NCBI GenBank assembly: GCA_016927015.1 | Contig: JAFGNM010000117.1 | Span: 29,182 to 93,181 of the forward strand | DNA length: 64,000 nucleotides | From: Candidatus Bathyarchaeota archaeon | GTDB lineage: Archaea; Thermoproteota; Bathyarchaeia; Bathyarchaeales; Bathycorpusculaceae | Direction of reading: 5' to 3' | Shown here: piece by piece, positions 29,101 through 39,228 of the stretch | Layout of the letters: every line of letters starts with the position of its first letter | How positions within the stretch are numbered: position 1 is the stretch's first letter | Translations under genes and position numbers: made by a program | Notes under the pieces: generated by a model | Database searches by the model: none | Told to the model about the DNA's origin: nothing | Seen by the model: the letters and a program-made list of their open reading frames with translations, nothing else

Positions 29101-30544
29101 ACTCTGCAATATTTGTTATAATAGCTAACATTAAGACAACAACAAAAGTGGAAGAAACAACATTACCTGCGCCTATAACGTACCTCTGAGCTGGAGCGAT
29201 AAAATCGAATAGGGCCACTACGACTAAACCTAGAACTAAGTATGGACCTATTTTCATTTCGTTTCTTTGCCTTAGAACCAGAATATATACAAAAAGAAGG
29301 ATTATGAAAAAGAAAATTTCAGATGCATGGGCCAAGTATCCGAGAATTACCAGAATGGATATGATTGCGCCCTTTGTAAAATGGGGGGCCTCTTTTTTTA
29401 GAAAATAGAGAAGTGCGAATAAAACAGGTAACCCTATTTGCCATAGCGGAGCAACAATGTCGGGTAAGTAGAGGATACGCATGGAAATGTCATATGTTTT
29501 GGAAGTTGTTGTACTCAAAAGCTGAACGATACTGGTATAGGTGGGGTTTACCAATGTTAGATACAAGGCGTATAATCCTCCAAAACCTAGAAGAAGCGAA
29601 AGCACAGCAACTATCAACGGTAATCTTCTGTCCGAGTTCTTACTGAGCCAAACTTTAATTGATGAATAGAATGCCAAGAGTGGCATGAAGCTTAGGATGT
29701 ACAAACCTTGTATAGCTATTGCCGGAGGAATACCAGACAAAACGAATAGAGCATTTAGGTAAATTTCAAACAAATACCCCCCAGTACCAATTACCAAATC
29801 TTCACCATAAACAGGGAAACCATTGGAGAAGTCTAATGCAGTTCCGTAATGACGTCCCATGTCCCCCGATGTTAAGGGCATGTTGTTGATCATTACTAAA
29901 ACGGAGGCTACTGTTACCACAGCTAACATTGATAATATAAGCCCGATTTCGCGCCAATGTAAGTTTATTAGGTGATTTCGTGGTTTTTCCCGATTTACAA
30001 GGTAATTGGCAATAATTAGGGCTATATTAATTGCCGCTACTATGGGTAGTACTAATGCTTCTAAAGGATTCGTTGATAGTAAAATGAAAAAACCAACAAG
30101 AAAGGTTATGAAGAGACTTAACAGGTATGATAAAACAATGGTAATGCTGCTGCTATTAATAACGCGCTTTCTGTCAAAGATTTTTAGTAAGAAATAGCCT
30201 GGAAGAAAACTTGTTAATGCCAGAGCGGATAAATACCTTAACCAATTTAAAGGTGAAATTTCCGCGAAATCAAGCATTGACCCACTAAACGGTGGGATGA
30301 AGACCAAGATTATTGCAAGAATTGTGATGAGATAAATTGCTTCAGCCCTAACGCTTAGTCTTTTTGAGATAGAAAACTCGTTTTCAGGTTTTACAAAACT
30401 GAATAATAAAGAAATCAATAATGAAAACGGAATTCCAACATAAAGAATAATCCACTCGTTAAAAAGTAAAGATGCCGCTAAAAAAATAGATAAGGAAGCA
30501 ATGAAGAATACGCTGAACACTAGCATTTCCTTATTTTTAGTCAT
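26171..30544 (-). CDS. 1457-aa polytopic membrane protein (GT-C-like) with duplicated extracellular beta-sandwich domains
   Basis: About 650 aa of TM helices, then ALDYIKQNTPTNASVL, two ~140-aa repeats, and a C-terminal TM with basic tail. Confidence 0.6.
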   Translation of the reverse strand: MTKNKEMLVFSVFFIASLSIFLAASLLFNEWIILYVGIPFSLLISLLFSFVKPENEFSISKRLSVRAEAIYLITILAIILVFIPPFSGSMLDFAEISPLNWLRYLSALALTSFLPGYFLLKIFDRKRVINSSSITIVLSYLLSLFITFLVGFFILLSTNPLEALVLPIVAAINIALIIANYLVNREKPRNHLINLHWREIGLILSMLAVVTVASVLVMINNMPLTSGDMGRHYGTALDFSNGFPVYGEDLVIGTGGYLFEIYLNALFVLSGIPPAIAIQGLYILSFMPLLAFYSSIKVWLSKNSDRRLPLIVAVLSLLLGFGGLYALYLTLVNPTYTSIVQLLSTTTSKTYDISMRILYLPDIVAPLWQIGLPVLFALLYFLKKEAPHFTKGAIISILVILGYLAHASEIFFFIILLFVYILVLRQRNEMKIGPYLVLGLVVVALFDFIAPAQRYVIGAGNVVSSTFVVVLMLAIITNIAELAKDRCALLFSKNIQDSFLEKLGKSWMYLRWVLLYAYLLLFIIWLTVVNDFNLWAWGGLTFTPFFVLPVRLGAVGLLAVLSIIIYFKKIIQNKALLFFLILIPTGFLLEQTANYYPYYPAYRYGTLIFIGACIIAAYGFTKIIDKVKQSPKSKIIASALLGFLILSGMISTTLFYANASYYSINNQITQDESSALDYIKQNTPTNASVLTFTTESANNLENYAGLNAVQDAQRWSKLLLSTSNPYIINYILGSSNIKYIYIAQRDADLLNSNTLGYFFEYFPTVMKNDHVTIYEVPSLTPPSQEASLGVLNFAPSISNLENTTWIDDSFTQGWSAFKQYGNISDYELEVSNGIMATSVTSNQTGNIWAGWSSSGLSLNTTFYQTLSFRYHVENNLAWFTFQLRNSTDHVFFYSGHLSATDFTTKRFTLPENQTITKIEVIVETVNEAPIETTAQAYMDFIQFSAPTTTFDDDTFMKDWEFYQKYGNISECNAYSDGNVYNINLLSNQSGNTWVSYSYPLNLQTKNSILSFRYKVDNDNTWFTIIIQNASKRFFFYQGQLADTTFTTKSYPLPDNQIITRIEAIVETRNNSPSQTFASAQIENIKISSELYLEEDVLPSLFVSLRHTNYSALYVDETSFKNLDAYLNQYTHIMLPSDPSIPVESLSKWVSAGNTLIVFNTYGNGFFASLTGINYSSPLLSVTQIGLGQVLYVNSFPMLAAGTESAILQTEFLDKVNDLLALNYSYPPIDALPVYNSAFGYMQVTGDLQLETDVLKLQGTINLTNSPFSVNQFTEIEICGKTNLVIKNATLIVSPSESYLLIKPESYPIEGEVLLDKNALIVADDEVVYNSDVPVSFTFKTSGLSIYARLPSINASGTIIFDQLDVHSALYVPLEGIVQQKAEIRGNVKFDTLYISYPLTMFSNFKAEGTVLNLADETTSKPTINWVEVLSSSYNVAFNVIFFLGVSVYAVKKRRKRA

Positions 30545-30577
30545 TTGCAGGCCTATGTTTTTGACTCTATGATTGGG

Positions 30578-31441
30578 TTATCCAAGCTTTCTTGCTATAA
30601 GAACAATATACGGTGAAAAGACATCTGAATTGAGAAAAATGGTCAAGTAACCAACGAATACATTAATTGCGCTAAAAATAGAAGTGAGAAAGCGACTTCT
30701 AAAAGGTAGCATCATTGTGAGGTTTATGGGCCCAACGTAATTTAAAAGGTCAACCTGAAGGTTAAATTCTTCCAAATATTCTTTGAATTTTGGTATTTCC
30801 ATTAACTCCGTATTATGCGTTTTTAATAATTCGCGTTCAGCACTCATTTTTCGTTGATACCATTTTCTATACAATGATCCATTTGCATAATTCGGCATCA
30901 TAATTATTAAAAATCCGCCTTTTATGATCATTTCTAAGTGGATGCGAATTATCTCAGTTGGATCTGTAAAATGTTCAACAACACCTGCAGAAAAAACTAC
31001 ATTAAAATATTCAAGATATTTAGTTTGAAATCCTTTAGTGAATATGTCTTCGCAGATAATTGTTCCCTCGACGCCGTTTTTACTTAGCGCCTCTTTGGTA
31101 ACTTCACATCCTTTTTTGGAATAATCAACCCCATAAACCTCAAAATCGAATTCTCGTTGAAAATATACCAACCAGTCACCAGGGGCGCATCCAATATCTA
31201 GAATCTTATTTGTCTCCTTTTGCATCATTCTTTTGAAAATCAGATCAAGTCTATACTTGAGGGGTGATTTCATAATTCTGCGTAGTTTGTTATTGACTGT
31301 TTTGATCGCGCGATTCTGGCTTTCCGACATTTTGTGTTTTTTATGCCATGAATCCCAATGTTCGTTGCTCGTCTTTACTCCATTACTATGATCTGCTCTT
31401 ACTCTAGAAATTATTTGCGAAAACAATGACTTGCTACTCAT
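30578..31441 (-). CDS. Class I SAM-dependent methyltransferase
   Basis: ILDIGCAPG, GVDYS, GVVEHF, KGGFLII. Confidence 0.85.
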   Translation of the reverse strand: MSSKSLFSQIISRVRADHSNGVKTSNEHWDSWHKKHKMSESQNRAIKTVNNKLRRIMKSPLKYRLDLIFKRMMQKETNKILDIGCAPGDWLVYFQREFDFEVYGVDYSKKGCEVTKEALSKNGVEGTIICEDIFTKGFQTKYLEYFNVVFSAGVVEHFTDPTEIIRIHLEMIIKGGFLIIMMPNYANGSLYRKWYQRKMSAERELLKTHNTELMEIPKFKEYLEEFNLQVDLLNYVGPINLTMMLPFRSRFLTSIFSAINVFVGYLTIFLNSDVFSPYIVLIARKLG

Positions 31442-31449
31442 TTGTAAAA

Positions 31450-32610
31450 TTAACTCTCTTTGGGCAATTGGTTTTGTTTAGCCGCTTCCATTTTCTGACA
31501 CATCATCATTATTCTTCTATTAACCTGATTCAGATCGAAGTTCTTTGAAATTTTTATACATTCTTTTTTAACTTTCTCTGGTTCCAAATTTAGTATGTCG
31601 GTTATTGCAATGGCAAAACTTTCCTCGTTTCTTTCCACTATTCGCCCAATCCACTCATTTGTAATTATCTTTTGAACATCACCGACATTCGTAGATACTA
31701 CAGGAACCCCACAAGCAAAAGCCTCTCGTACGATATTGGGACTTGCTTCAGATACAGAGCATAAAACCACTACATCCGCACAGTTCAATATTTCCGGAAT
31801 TTTTCGTGGATTTTGAAAACCCATAAAGACAACATCTGTTAATTCAAATTCTTCGGTCAATCTCCTTAAACGGGTTTCATCACTACCACGACCTACAATA
31901 ACCAATTTTGCATTTGGCTCCATTTCCTTCACTGACTTAAAAGATTTAATAAGAAAATCAAGACCTTTTATCCTCTCAACTCGCCCCGCAAACAAAATAA
32001 TCTTATCCTCTGGATCAAATCCATATTTCTTGCGAGTTGTTTTTTTATCCATGGGTTTGAATTTGCTTAAATCAATACCTACGGGTATCACAATGACGTT
32101 TTTCGTTATATTTGGATACTGGCTTACATAGTACTGTTTTGTAGATTCGTCTACAGGCATAAGTAGATCTACCTTTCTTATCAAAACTGACTCGAATCTT
32201 TTATAAAAAAATGAAAACGGCTTAAGAAATTGTGGATAATGTAATTTCACCCAAAAAAGCGGCATTGAGCCGGTTCTCAAGACTTTCGGGTTTTTGGGAC
32301 ATAATAATATGAATGGAAGCAAGTACATCAAGCGATAGGAAAGTATCGTTGCTGAGCTAGGTAGTTTAAGGAAGGGTATTCTGAGCATCATTCCCAAAGC
32401 GAATCTGAATCCAAAAAATGTGCCAGTGTTCAATATGGGGATAAAGTCGAAATCATTTGAGGACCCATTATTATTTTGAATTTTAACACCAAAGAAAGTT
32501 GTTGTCACGCCTTTTTTTGTAAAATATTCCAAAAAATTAAGCGTTTGTCTTGCATCCCCACCTATCGAAGGTGATGAAGGGTCTGAAGGATGTACCAATA
32601 TTATCTTCAA
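31450..32610 (-). CDS. GT4 glycosyltransferase
   Basis: FAGRVERIKG, EASPNIVREAFACGVPVVSTNVG. Confidence 0.88.
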   Translation of the reverse strand: MKIILVHPSDPSSPSIGGDARQTLNFLEYFTKKGVTTTFFGVKIQNNNGSSNDFDFIPILNTGTFFGFRFALGMMLRIPFLKLPSSATILSYRLMYLLPFILLCPKNPKVLRTGSMPLFWVKLHYPQFLKPFSFFYKRFESVLIRKVDLLMPVDESTKQYYVSQYPNITKNVIVIPVGIDLSKFKPMDKKTTRKKYGFDPEDKIILFAGRVERIKGLDFLIKSFKSVKEMEPNAKLVIVGRGSDETRLRRLTEEFELTDVVFMGFQNPRKIPEILNCADVVVLCSVSEASPNIVREAFACGVPVVSTNVGDVQKIITNEWIGRIVERNEESFAIAITDILNLEPEKVKKECIKISKNFDLNQVNRRIMMMCQKMEAAKQNQLPKES

Positions 32611-32653
32611 ATTTGCACCGCGTTATTAGAGTAGATTAAAAGTTACCAAACTA

Positions 32654-33655
32654 TTAGGACTTATTAAAGCTAAGAGTAGTTATTAATGAAGTCATATGTG
32701 ATTCGATTTCTACATCAGATGCGAGTCTTGTTGATTGCACTTTGGTTCTTTCCATCATAATAATCTTAATCCGTTCAATATTCCATACAACGGCTCTAAG
32801 CAACGAATTAAGATAGGCTTTCCTAAATTTATAGGACAAATAGATACAGGTACAAAACATAAGCGTTATTGATATTGGAAGTCTCTTCATTACCCTCGAT
32901 AATGAGTAATTTTTGGACAACACGTAAAGTCTTTCCCTGAAACTTTGATAAGTTAGTTTAAGATGAGGAAATAATGAATTTACAGTGTGACTTCCGAAAT
33001 GGAAGCAAACCGATTTCAGATTTACCGCAATCTTGTAGCCAAGAAGACGTATGCGCCACCCCAAATCATAATCTCCATAAAACAAATTCTCATCAAATCC
33101 ATTACATCTAAGTAGAATCTCCTTTCGGATAATCACTGATGCTCCACTAGGATAAAACATAGTATCAATCAAAATATCATTAGTGACGTTATCATGATTT
33201 GACAGATTACACTTTGGTGAAGGCCACCCGTATGCATCAAATGAATGCCCTATGTTTTGCACGTTATTTATATGCGCAGAAACAAGTTTGCTTTGACAAG
33301 CGCCAACTTCATTATAAGCATCAAGAACCCTGACAAGTTCTTCTAACCACCTTGAATCAACAAAAGTGTCATTGTTCAAAAATACAATATATTCACAAGT
33401 CGTATGTGTTAATCCAACATTGTTACCTCTACAAAACCCAGTGTTCTCTTTGTTCACAATAACCTTTACACTAATTGGATAGTCGCGTATTGTTTTCAAC
33501 GTATTTGCTAAAACATCAAGACTGTTATCTGTGGATGCGTTATCCACAAAAATTATTTCAAAATCGTTAAACGTCTGTTCAGCTAATGAGGTAAACAGCT
33601 TCTTAATGAAGTGAGCACCGTTATAGTTCAATATTATCACAGCAACTTTTTTCAC
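32654..33655 (-). CDS. GT2 glycosyltransferase
   Basis: IILNYNG, VDNASTD, NTGFCRGNN, FLNND, GFDE. Confidence 0.88.
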   Translation of the reverse strand: MKKVAVIILNYNGAHFIKKLFTSLAEQTFNDFEIIFVDNASTDNSLDVLANTLKTIRDYPISVKVIVNKENTGFCRGNNVGLTHTTCEYIVFLNNDTFVDSRWLEELVRVLDAYNEVGACQSKLVSAHINNVQNIGHSFDAYGWPSPKCNLSNHDNVTNDILIDTMFYPSGASVIIRKEILLRCNGFDENLFYGDYDLGWRIRLLGYKIAVNLKSVCFHFGSHTVNSLFPHLKLTYQSFRERLYVLSKNYSLSRVMKRLPISITLMFCTCIYLSYKFRKAYLNSLLRAVVWNIERIKIIMMERTKVQSTRLASDVEIESHMTSLITTLSFNKS

Positions 33656-34326
33656 TGTACAGTTGCTCCTGCAACGTTTCCAATGTGCACGCCCACATAT
33701 TGCACAACTTCATTATGAACTACGTCGACTGGCCTCTTTGTATTAATGACCTGCAATCCATTGATTTCAGCGACTCTTCGGTAAAGTCTTCTTTTAATCG
33801 TTAATTGCTGTATGTCGTGCTCATCATCCTTTCTGTTAATTGCAGTGCCTGGCTCAGCGTCAAAGATTAGACTAAATGTGCACGAAGGGAGAATGCATCG
33901 ATAGAGTTTGCCGATATACCGTCGGATTAGACTTTCATTTCTCACATCATATGCAACATCAACTAACGTGTCAACAGGGCTTCTATCCAAAAATACAATG
34001 TATCCAAGAAGATATGGCAAATAGACCTTATTTATCCAAAACAGAAATGCGTCGATTAATTGAAAATGAGGCCATAACGTACGAACCGCTTTGTTCATGT
34101 AAAAGCCAGTTTCCCACATTTTCGTTCCACTAGGGTGTTTAATAACTTTAGTTAAACCCATAAAACGGCACAACCCCAAAATTACGTATGAGAAGAATTT
34201 TGGATGCCTGAACCACACATATTTGAATTTACCTTCCGAGGAAATGATTCTCTTAGTCAAAAGGGCTATGTGGGTACTTTTTCCTGACCCATCAATTCCA
34301 GAGAAACAGAAAATTTTTTTCCTCAT
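33652..34326 (-). CDS. Thymidylate-kinase-like P-loop kinase
   Basis: FSGIDGSGKST, FLDR, AINRK. Confidence 0.75.
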   Translation of the reverse strand: MRKKIFCFSGIDGSGKSTHIALLTKRIISSEGKFKYVWFRHPKFFSYVILGLCRFMGLTKVIKHPSGTKMWETGFYMNKAVRTLWPHFQLIDAFLFWINKVYLPYLLGYIVFLDRSPVDTLVDVAYDVRNESLIRRYIGKLYRCILPSCTFSLIFDAEPGTAINRKDDEHDIQQLTIKRRLYRRVAEINGLQVINTKRPVDVVHNEVVQYVGVHIGNVAGATVQ

Positions 34327-34347
34327 AGTATTACTCTAACACGCTCT

Positions 34348-35556
34348 TCACAATGAACCAAAGATTGAGTTTATGCAATCAGCTTCAGCTGACATATCCC
34401 CAAAAATTTTGGCTTGTTCTTTAGCTTTATTTCCCAACGTTTCTAACAGTGTAGGAACATTCATAATGGACTGAATTGCTTCTGCTAATTCGTGTACGTT
34501 GCCTGATTCGACGGTTAGACCACCATCGCTAATTATTTCAGAAATTCCACTAATCTTTGTTCCAATTACTGGTTTGCCCATAGCCATGGCTTCTTCAAGA
34601 GATAACAATGGTTCACTAAATACAATTTTAAACGGAAATAGAACTAAATCGGAAACTCTGAGGAATTTCGCCAATTCCTGAGTGCTCAAGATTCCAGGCA
34701 CAAATCGCACAACATCATTCAAATTCAGTTTCGCGCTAAGCCTTTCCAGATACAAGTCATCAGCAGTCGTTACCTTATCATTGCGCCGTATGAGCATTAA
34801 AAGCCTCAGTTGGACGTGTTTTGATTTAAGGCGGTTAACTGCTTTAAGTATAATATCTGTCCCTCTGAGGGTGTTTGCTGGACCAAAATATGTTACCACA
34901 AAATCATCTTCCTTGAACCCGAGTTCTTCTCTAGTGCTACTGTGGTCCAATGACGCATAACTATCAAGTAAAGCCTTATCGTAAATTCTAGGTGGTATTA
35001 CCCTGATTTTCTCTTCAATAACACCGTTAACGGTCAATGACTGCTTAATTGCGTTATTCGGAACTGTGATAATTCCTATTACATTTTGATTAAGTAACCG
35101 TATTGTTGGCTTAGTTAGTGCGGTATTCAGATAGTAGTATAATCCATATGAAAGGTGAAAATATTCTCTCAGTGACAAATGTAATTCTTTGAAGGCGTAA
35201 ATGTTTGAGTTTATGTGAACAATATTTTTGCATTTTTCATCTTTGAATTTTTCAATATAAGATCCAATATGTGGGTAGCCGATCCAGTAGATGGCATCAA
35301 ATGAAAATCGTCTGAGTATCTCTTTGATCTTGCTTGGGTTCATTCTCTTAAAAAAGAAACCCGCTGTTGGAACAATGAACGTTTTTATGTTTTTGATTTT
35401 TTTCGTTTCCGTCCTATTTTTATTGCTTCCGTCAGTAGCTATTGACACATCATGCCCATTGATGATTAAAATTTTGGCCACTTCGTATGTATATCGCCAA
35501 GGTTGAGCTATTAACGAGCTTTCGGTAAATCCGGGACAAACTATTAAGATTTTCAT
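34348..35556 (-). CDS. GT4 glycosyltransferase
   Basis: PLLSLEEAMAMGKPVIGT. Confidence 0.82.
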   Translation of the reverse strand: MKILIVCPGFTESSLIAQPWRYTYEVAKILIINGHDVSIATDGSNKNRTETKKIKNIKTFIVPTAGFFFKRMNPSKIKEILRRFSFDAIYWIGYPHIGSYIEKFKDEKCKNIVHINSNIYAFKELHLSLREYFHLSYGLYYYLNTALTKPTIRLLNQNVIGIITVPNNAIKQSLTVNGVIEEKIRVIPPRIYDKALLDSYASLDHSSTREELGFKEDDFVVTYFGPANTLRGTDIILKAVNRLKSKHVQLRLLMLIRRNDKVTTADDLYLERLSAKLNLNDVVRFVPGILSTQELAKFLRVSDLVLFPFKIVFSEPLLSLEEAMAMGKPVIGTKISGISEIISDGGLTVESGNVHELAEAIQSIMNVPTLLETLGNKAKEQAKIFGDMSAEADCINSIFGSL

Positions 35557-36713
35557 AAGTCTTCAGACGGGCAACTAGTGGCATGTGGTGATTGGCATTT
35601 TACAATTTTTTCATAGAACCATGGTATTCGAAGGGACTCGCTCTCGATAAAACCTTGACCTCTAGGGCGGGTGGCAAAATAGGTTTCAAATAATCTCTGT
35701 AATCCAAGTGCTCCATACTTCTTGAGTGCTACCCTGAACGAAGAGAGGATTGTCTGGAGTCGGCTATCTTGATATGGGATTTCACGAAAATTAACCTTTG
35801 GTGAAAGATAGCGGACAGGTTTTTGAAGAATCGATATTTTATCTAAGATGAGGTCTATGACGTCAGAAGTAATAACCTTTTTTCCGTAGAAAGTTTTGGA
35901 ATATTGGTTGACTGTTAGAAATAAAAACAGTAGATCTTGGCTCCAACCGCCATCATCTGCAATACTTGTTATTTTGTGCCAATTAATTTCTGGAAAACTG
36001 CGCGTTATTCCAATCAATTGAAAAATATCAGAAAGGGCGACCTTTCGTCCACCGAACAGAGTGTGAACCGCCAAAACTAAAATGCAGTACTCCCCGTTAG
36101 GTACAGGTACCGATATTTGGTCGTCCAAGGAGATTCTGACAGAGTTGCTGAGTACTTCTTCTGTAGATATAAGTTCCAAGTAAAACGGTTGCCAAGCCAA
36201 AATAGAATATACATCAATTGTGATTATTCGCTTCCCCTCCCATTTTGCCATTGTAGCTTTACAGCATTCTTCAACCACTTTTGTGTAACCTTCAGTTTCG
36301 AGAAAATTTAGGGTCAGTTTAAAGTCTTCTTCAGGTACTAACACATCAATATCTCCTTGTTCTCGGTAGAAAAAAGAAAACTTTGGAATTGAGTACCTTC
36401 TAAAACACTTGTTAAACAGGTCAGTGTGGTCTAACAGTTCTTGGTTAAAATCAGCTATTAGATGCCTCCTTTTGAAGATTATCTGATCTATGAGAACCAC
36501 TATTTGTCTAATGCTTCGATTTTCCGAGTACTGCGTTGATAAGTTTTTTTGAAAAGTCAAGAGTACACCATTTTGGGACAAAATATTCAATAGCTTATCC
36601 TGTTTTATGTTCGCAAAGTCTTTGATGTCAAATTCTATTTTCTCAAACGGATAGGCATATTTGGCCGCAAGTTGAATTTCTTTAGATAGATTTTTTGGAG
36701 AGTTGCTAGGCAA
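35553..36713 (-). CDS. Nucleotidyltransferase family protein (NTP_transf_5-like)
   Basis: REQGDIDVLV, IDVY, LAVH...LSD motifs. Confidence 0.65.
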   Translation of the reverse strand: MPSNSPKNLSKEIQLAAKYAYPFEKIEFDIKDFANIKQDKLLNILSQNGVLLTFQKNLSTQYSENRSIRQIVVLIDQIIFKRRHLIADFNQELLDHTDLFNKCFRRYSIPKFSFFYREQGDIDVLVPEEDFKLTLNFLETEGYTKVVEECCKATMAKWEGKRIITIDVYSILAWQPFYLELISTEEVLSNSVRISLDDQISVPVPNGEYCILVLAVHTLFGGRKVALSDIFQLIGITRSFPEINWHKITSIADDGGWSQDLLFLFLTVNQYSKTFYGKKVITSDVIDLILDKISILQKPVRYLSPKVNFREIPYQDSRLQTILSSFRVALKKYGALGLQRLFETYFATRPRGQGFIESESLRIPWFYEKIVKCQSPHATSCPSEDL

Positions 36714-37950
36714 TGCTAGTGTATACCTCAGATATTTTCTGAAAAACTACTGTTTGATCGAATTCTTGAACACTGCTCGCCGCTCTAGCTGCAAACAAGT
36801 CTCTGAGACTTGGGTTTGTATAAAAATTTAAAATAGCTTCCTTTATAGTATTAGTATTTCTAGGATCTATTAAAAGTCCTGTCTCGTCGTTTTTGATGAT
36901 TTTCCTAATATTTGGAATGTCACTGGCAATAATTGCTATTCTGGCAGACATGGCTTCTAATAATGCCATCGGCAAGCCTTCTGTGAATGATGGTAAAACA
37001 AAAACGTCTATTGCGTGCAGAATTCTCGAAATATCTCGCCGATATCCTGTTAAGATGGTAACCTGAACAATTCCAAGTTTTTCAACTAACGCTTTAAGTT
37101 CTTCTTCTTCACTACCCCCGCCTATTATTAATAAACAGATATTTGGGCAGTTTTTTGTATGAACGAGCTCTGCAACCGCTGTTGCCAGTGATGAAATGTT
37201 CTTTTCAGGTGAAAGGCGGCCTGCATATCCCACAACAAACGACTTGGAATCTATGCCTAATACATTACGGGCTTCTGTTTTAGAAAATGATTTTGGTTCA
37301 AATTTCCTAACGTCTATTCCCCCACCGAGCGTAACTAATTTACTTCTGGATAAACCATATTCGATTAAAGATTGGCCAGTGAATTCTCCAACGGCGATAA
37401 CCCTATTGGCAAAGTATTTTAACACGATTTTTTGGATTAGCTCTTCCACGCTTACAACTATGGCTTTTGTTATACTTTTTTCACCCATTTTGGGAAATAG
37501 GTTTCTAATTTGCTCGATTCTATCGCCATGGGAGTGAACTACAACAGGAATTCGGCAAAGCTTACCAACGATACCCGCAGACAACCCCGCATAGATAGTA
37601 TCTTGAGCATGAATGACTGAAAGCCTATTTTTTTTGTTAACCCCCATTATCCCCAGACAAGCAGCCAAACTAAAAAAAAGAAGAGAGGCTTGGTAGAGTA
37701 AAAAAGGAGCTGAATAAGACACCTCACTGTTTCCTTCTTGAAAGGCCACGTTTTCAGAAGGTTCAGCCTCGACCACTTCAATAACTTTAGGTAATCTTCT
37801 GTGCAATAGAGTAACTTTCACATGTTGGTGTAGCAACCAATCAATGTAGGAAGAAGTGAAGGAGGTTATTCCGCCTGTACCCCTTATCACATCACCGCTT
37901 GCAACAAGACATGCATGCTTAGTAGTCATGGTATAAAGCATCTTGTTCAA
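36706..37950 (-). CDS. GT4 glycosyltransferase
   Basis: AGRLSPEKN, EGLPMALLEAMS. Confidence 0.88.
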   Translation of the reverse strand: MNKMLYTMTTKHACLVASGDVIRGTGGITSFTSSYIDWLLHQHVKVTLLHRRLPKVIEVVEAEPSENVAFQEGNSEVSYSAPFLLYQASLLFFSLAACLGIMGVNKKNRLSVIHAQDTIYAGLSAGIVGKLCRIPVVVHSHGDRIEQIRNLFPKMGEKSITKAIVVSVEELIQKIVLKYFANRVIAVGEFTGQSLIEYGLSRSKLVTLGGGIDVRKFEPKSFSKTEARNVLGIDSKSFVVGYAGRLSPEKNISSLATAVAELVHTKNCPNICLLIIGGGSEEEELKALVEKLGIVQVTILTGYRRDISRILHAIDVFVLPSFTEGLPMALLEAMSARIAIIASDIPNIRKIIKNDETGLLIDPRNTNTIKEAILNFYTNPSLRDLFAARAASSVQEFDQTVVFQKISEVYTSIA

Positions 37951-38038
37951 TACAGGTTTTTTTCTGTTTTTAATTTGTTTTGATGATAAAACTGTTAAAC
38001 ACCAACAAGATTCTGAAACAATTTAGCTGAAAGCTATT

Positions 38039-39151
38039 TTAGAAGAGCGCATCATAAGCTCGTGTCAACTGTGATTCCATATTATCCCAATTGTACTTCA
38101 ATTTAAAGTATCGTCTTCCATTTAAACCAAGACTTTTTCGGGTTTCCTCATTTTCTTTCAAAAGGAAAACCGCATCCATAAGCTCTTTTTGATTATAATA
38201 ATCTACTAAAAGGCCACACTTGGTCTCGAGGACTATATCTTTTGCGATGTTTGTGATTATGGGTTTGCCGATCATCATTGCTTCAAATAGTTTGTTAGGG
38301 TAAGTAATCTGATAGTTTTTCACCATTGGACTATAAAGCGCCACTATTACATCTCCACTAGCCATCGCCCTCAACGCTTTTTCATACGGAAGAACTCCTA
38401 AATACCTTACTCGCTGTTTCTTTGAAATTAGGCTATGCAAGTTTTCTTCCAGTGAAGGTCCCATTATTATTAATTCTACGTTTTCTATTTCGTCCACTAC
38501 CTTTAGTAATTGAATAAGACCTCTATCCAATTTGATTGGGCCTGCATAGGCTAAAATCAAAATCTCCTTTTCTTTGCTATCCCGCTTCTCTTCATGGGGG
38601 ATCTCAATTTCATTTGCACAATTCAGCAAAATTATACCATTTAATGGTTTAAACCAATTTAGACTATCCATCATGTCTTTTGCAACCGTAATGAAAAGGT
38701 CTGCTTTGTAAGCCAAGAACTCCTCTATGAAGCAGACAATCCCACTTAAGAAACTTAGATAAAATGGGAGATATACCATAGAATAACGGTCATAAAGGTC
38801 GAAAACTATGCGTGCTGAGGGTCGAACCAACCGGTAGGCAAAAGGAGGTATCGCAGAATCAAATCCGCAGCTATGCACTATCTGGGGACGTAAAATAAGA
38901 AGATTTATAGTAGCCCAAAGCCAGAAGACAGGTAGCATTAAGGCTACACGAAACTTGCCGTATGCTGAGTGAAGAGGCAGTCTTTTAAAAACAACACAAT
39001 TTTTAATCTCAAACACTGTGGATGTGCATTCACGATCCCAACCAATAACAAAAACTTGATACCCATGTTTAACAAGTGATGTTGTTTCTTTGGTTAATCG
39101 GCTATCTGAAATTCCAGAATTCGTTTGTACAAAAGCTACCTTTGTGACCAT
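38039..39151 (-). CDS. GT4 glycosyltransferase
   Basis: DSRLTKE, PNKLFEAMMIGKPII. Confidence 0.85.
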   Translation of the reverse strand: MVTKVAFVQTNSGISDSRLTKETTSLVKHGYQVFVIGWDRECTSTVFEIKNCVVFKRLPLHSAYGKFRVALMLPVFWLWATINLLILRPQIVHSCGFDSAIPPFAYRLVRPSARIVFDLYDRYSMVYLPFYLSFLSGIVCFIEEFLAYKADLFITVAKDMMDSLNWFKPLNGIILLNCANEIEIPHEEKRDSKEKEILILAYAGPIKLDRGLIQLLKVVDEIENVELIIMGPSLEENLHSLISKKQRVRYLGVLPYEKALRAMASGDVIVALYSPMVKNYQITYPNKLFEAMMIGKPIITNIAKDIVLETKCGLLVDYYNQKELMDAVFLLKENEETRKSLGLNGRRYFKLKYNWDNMESQLTRAYDALF

Positions 39152-39228
39152 TTCATCAACTGTCTATCATTGAATTGGGTAACTGTATTGAAAATGAATT
39201 CTTTGCAAAGTAAACTTTTGAGGAAATT

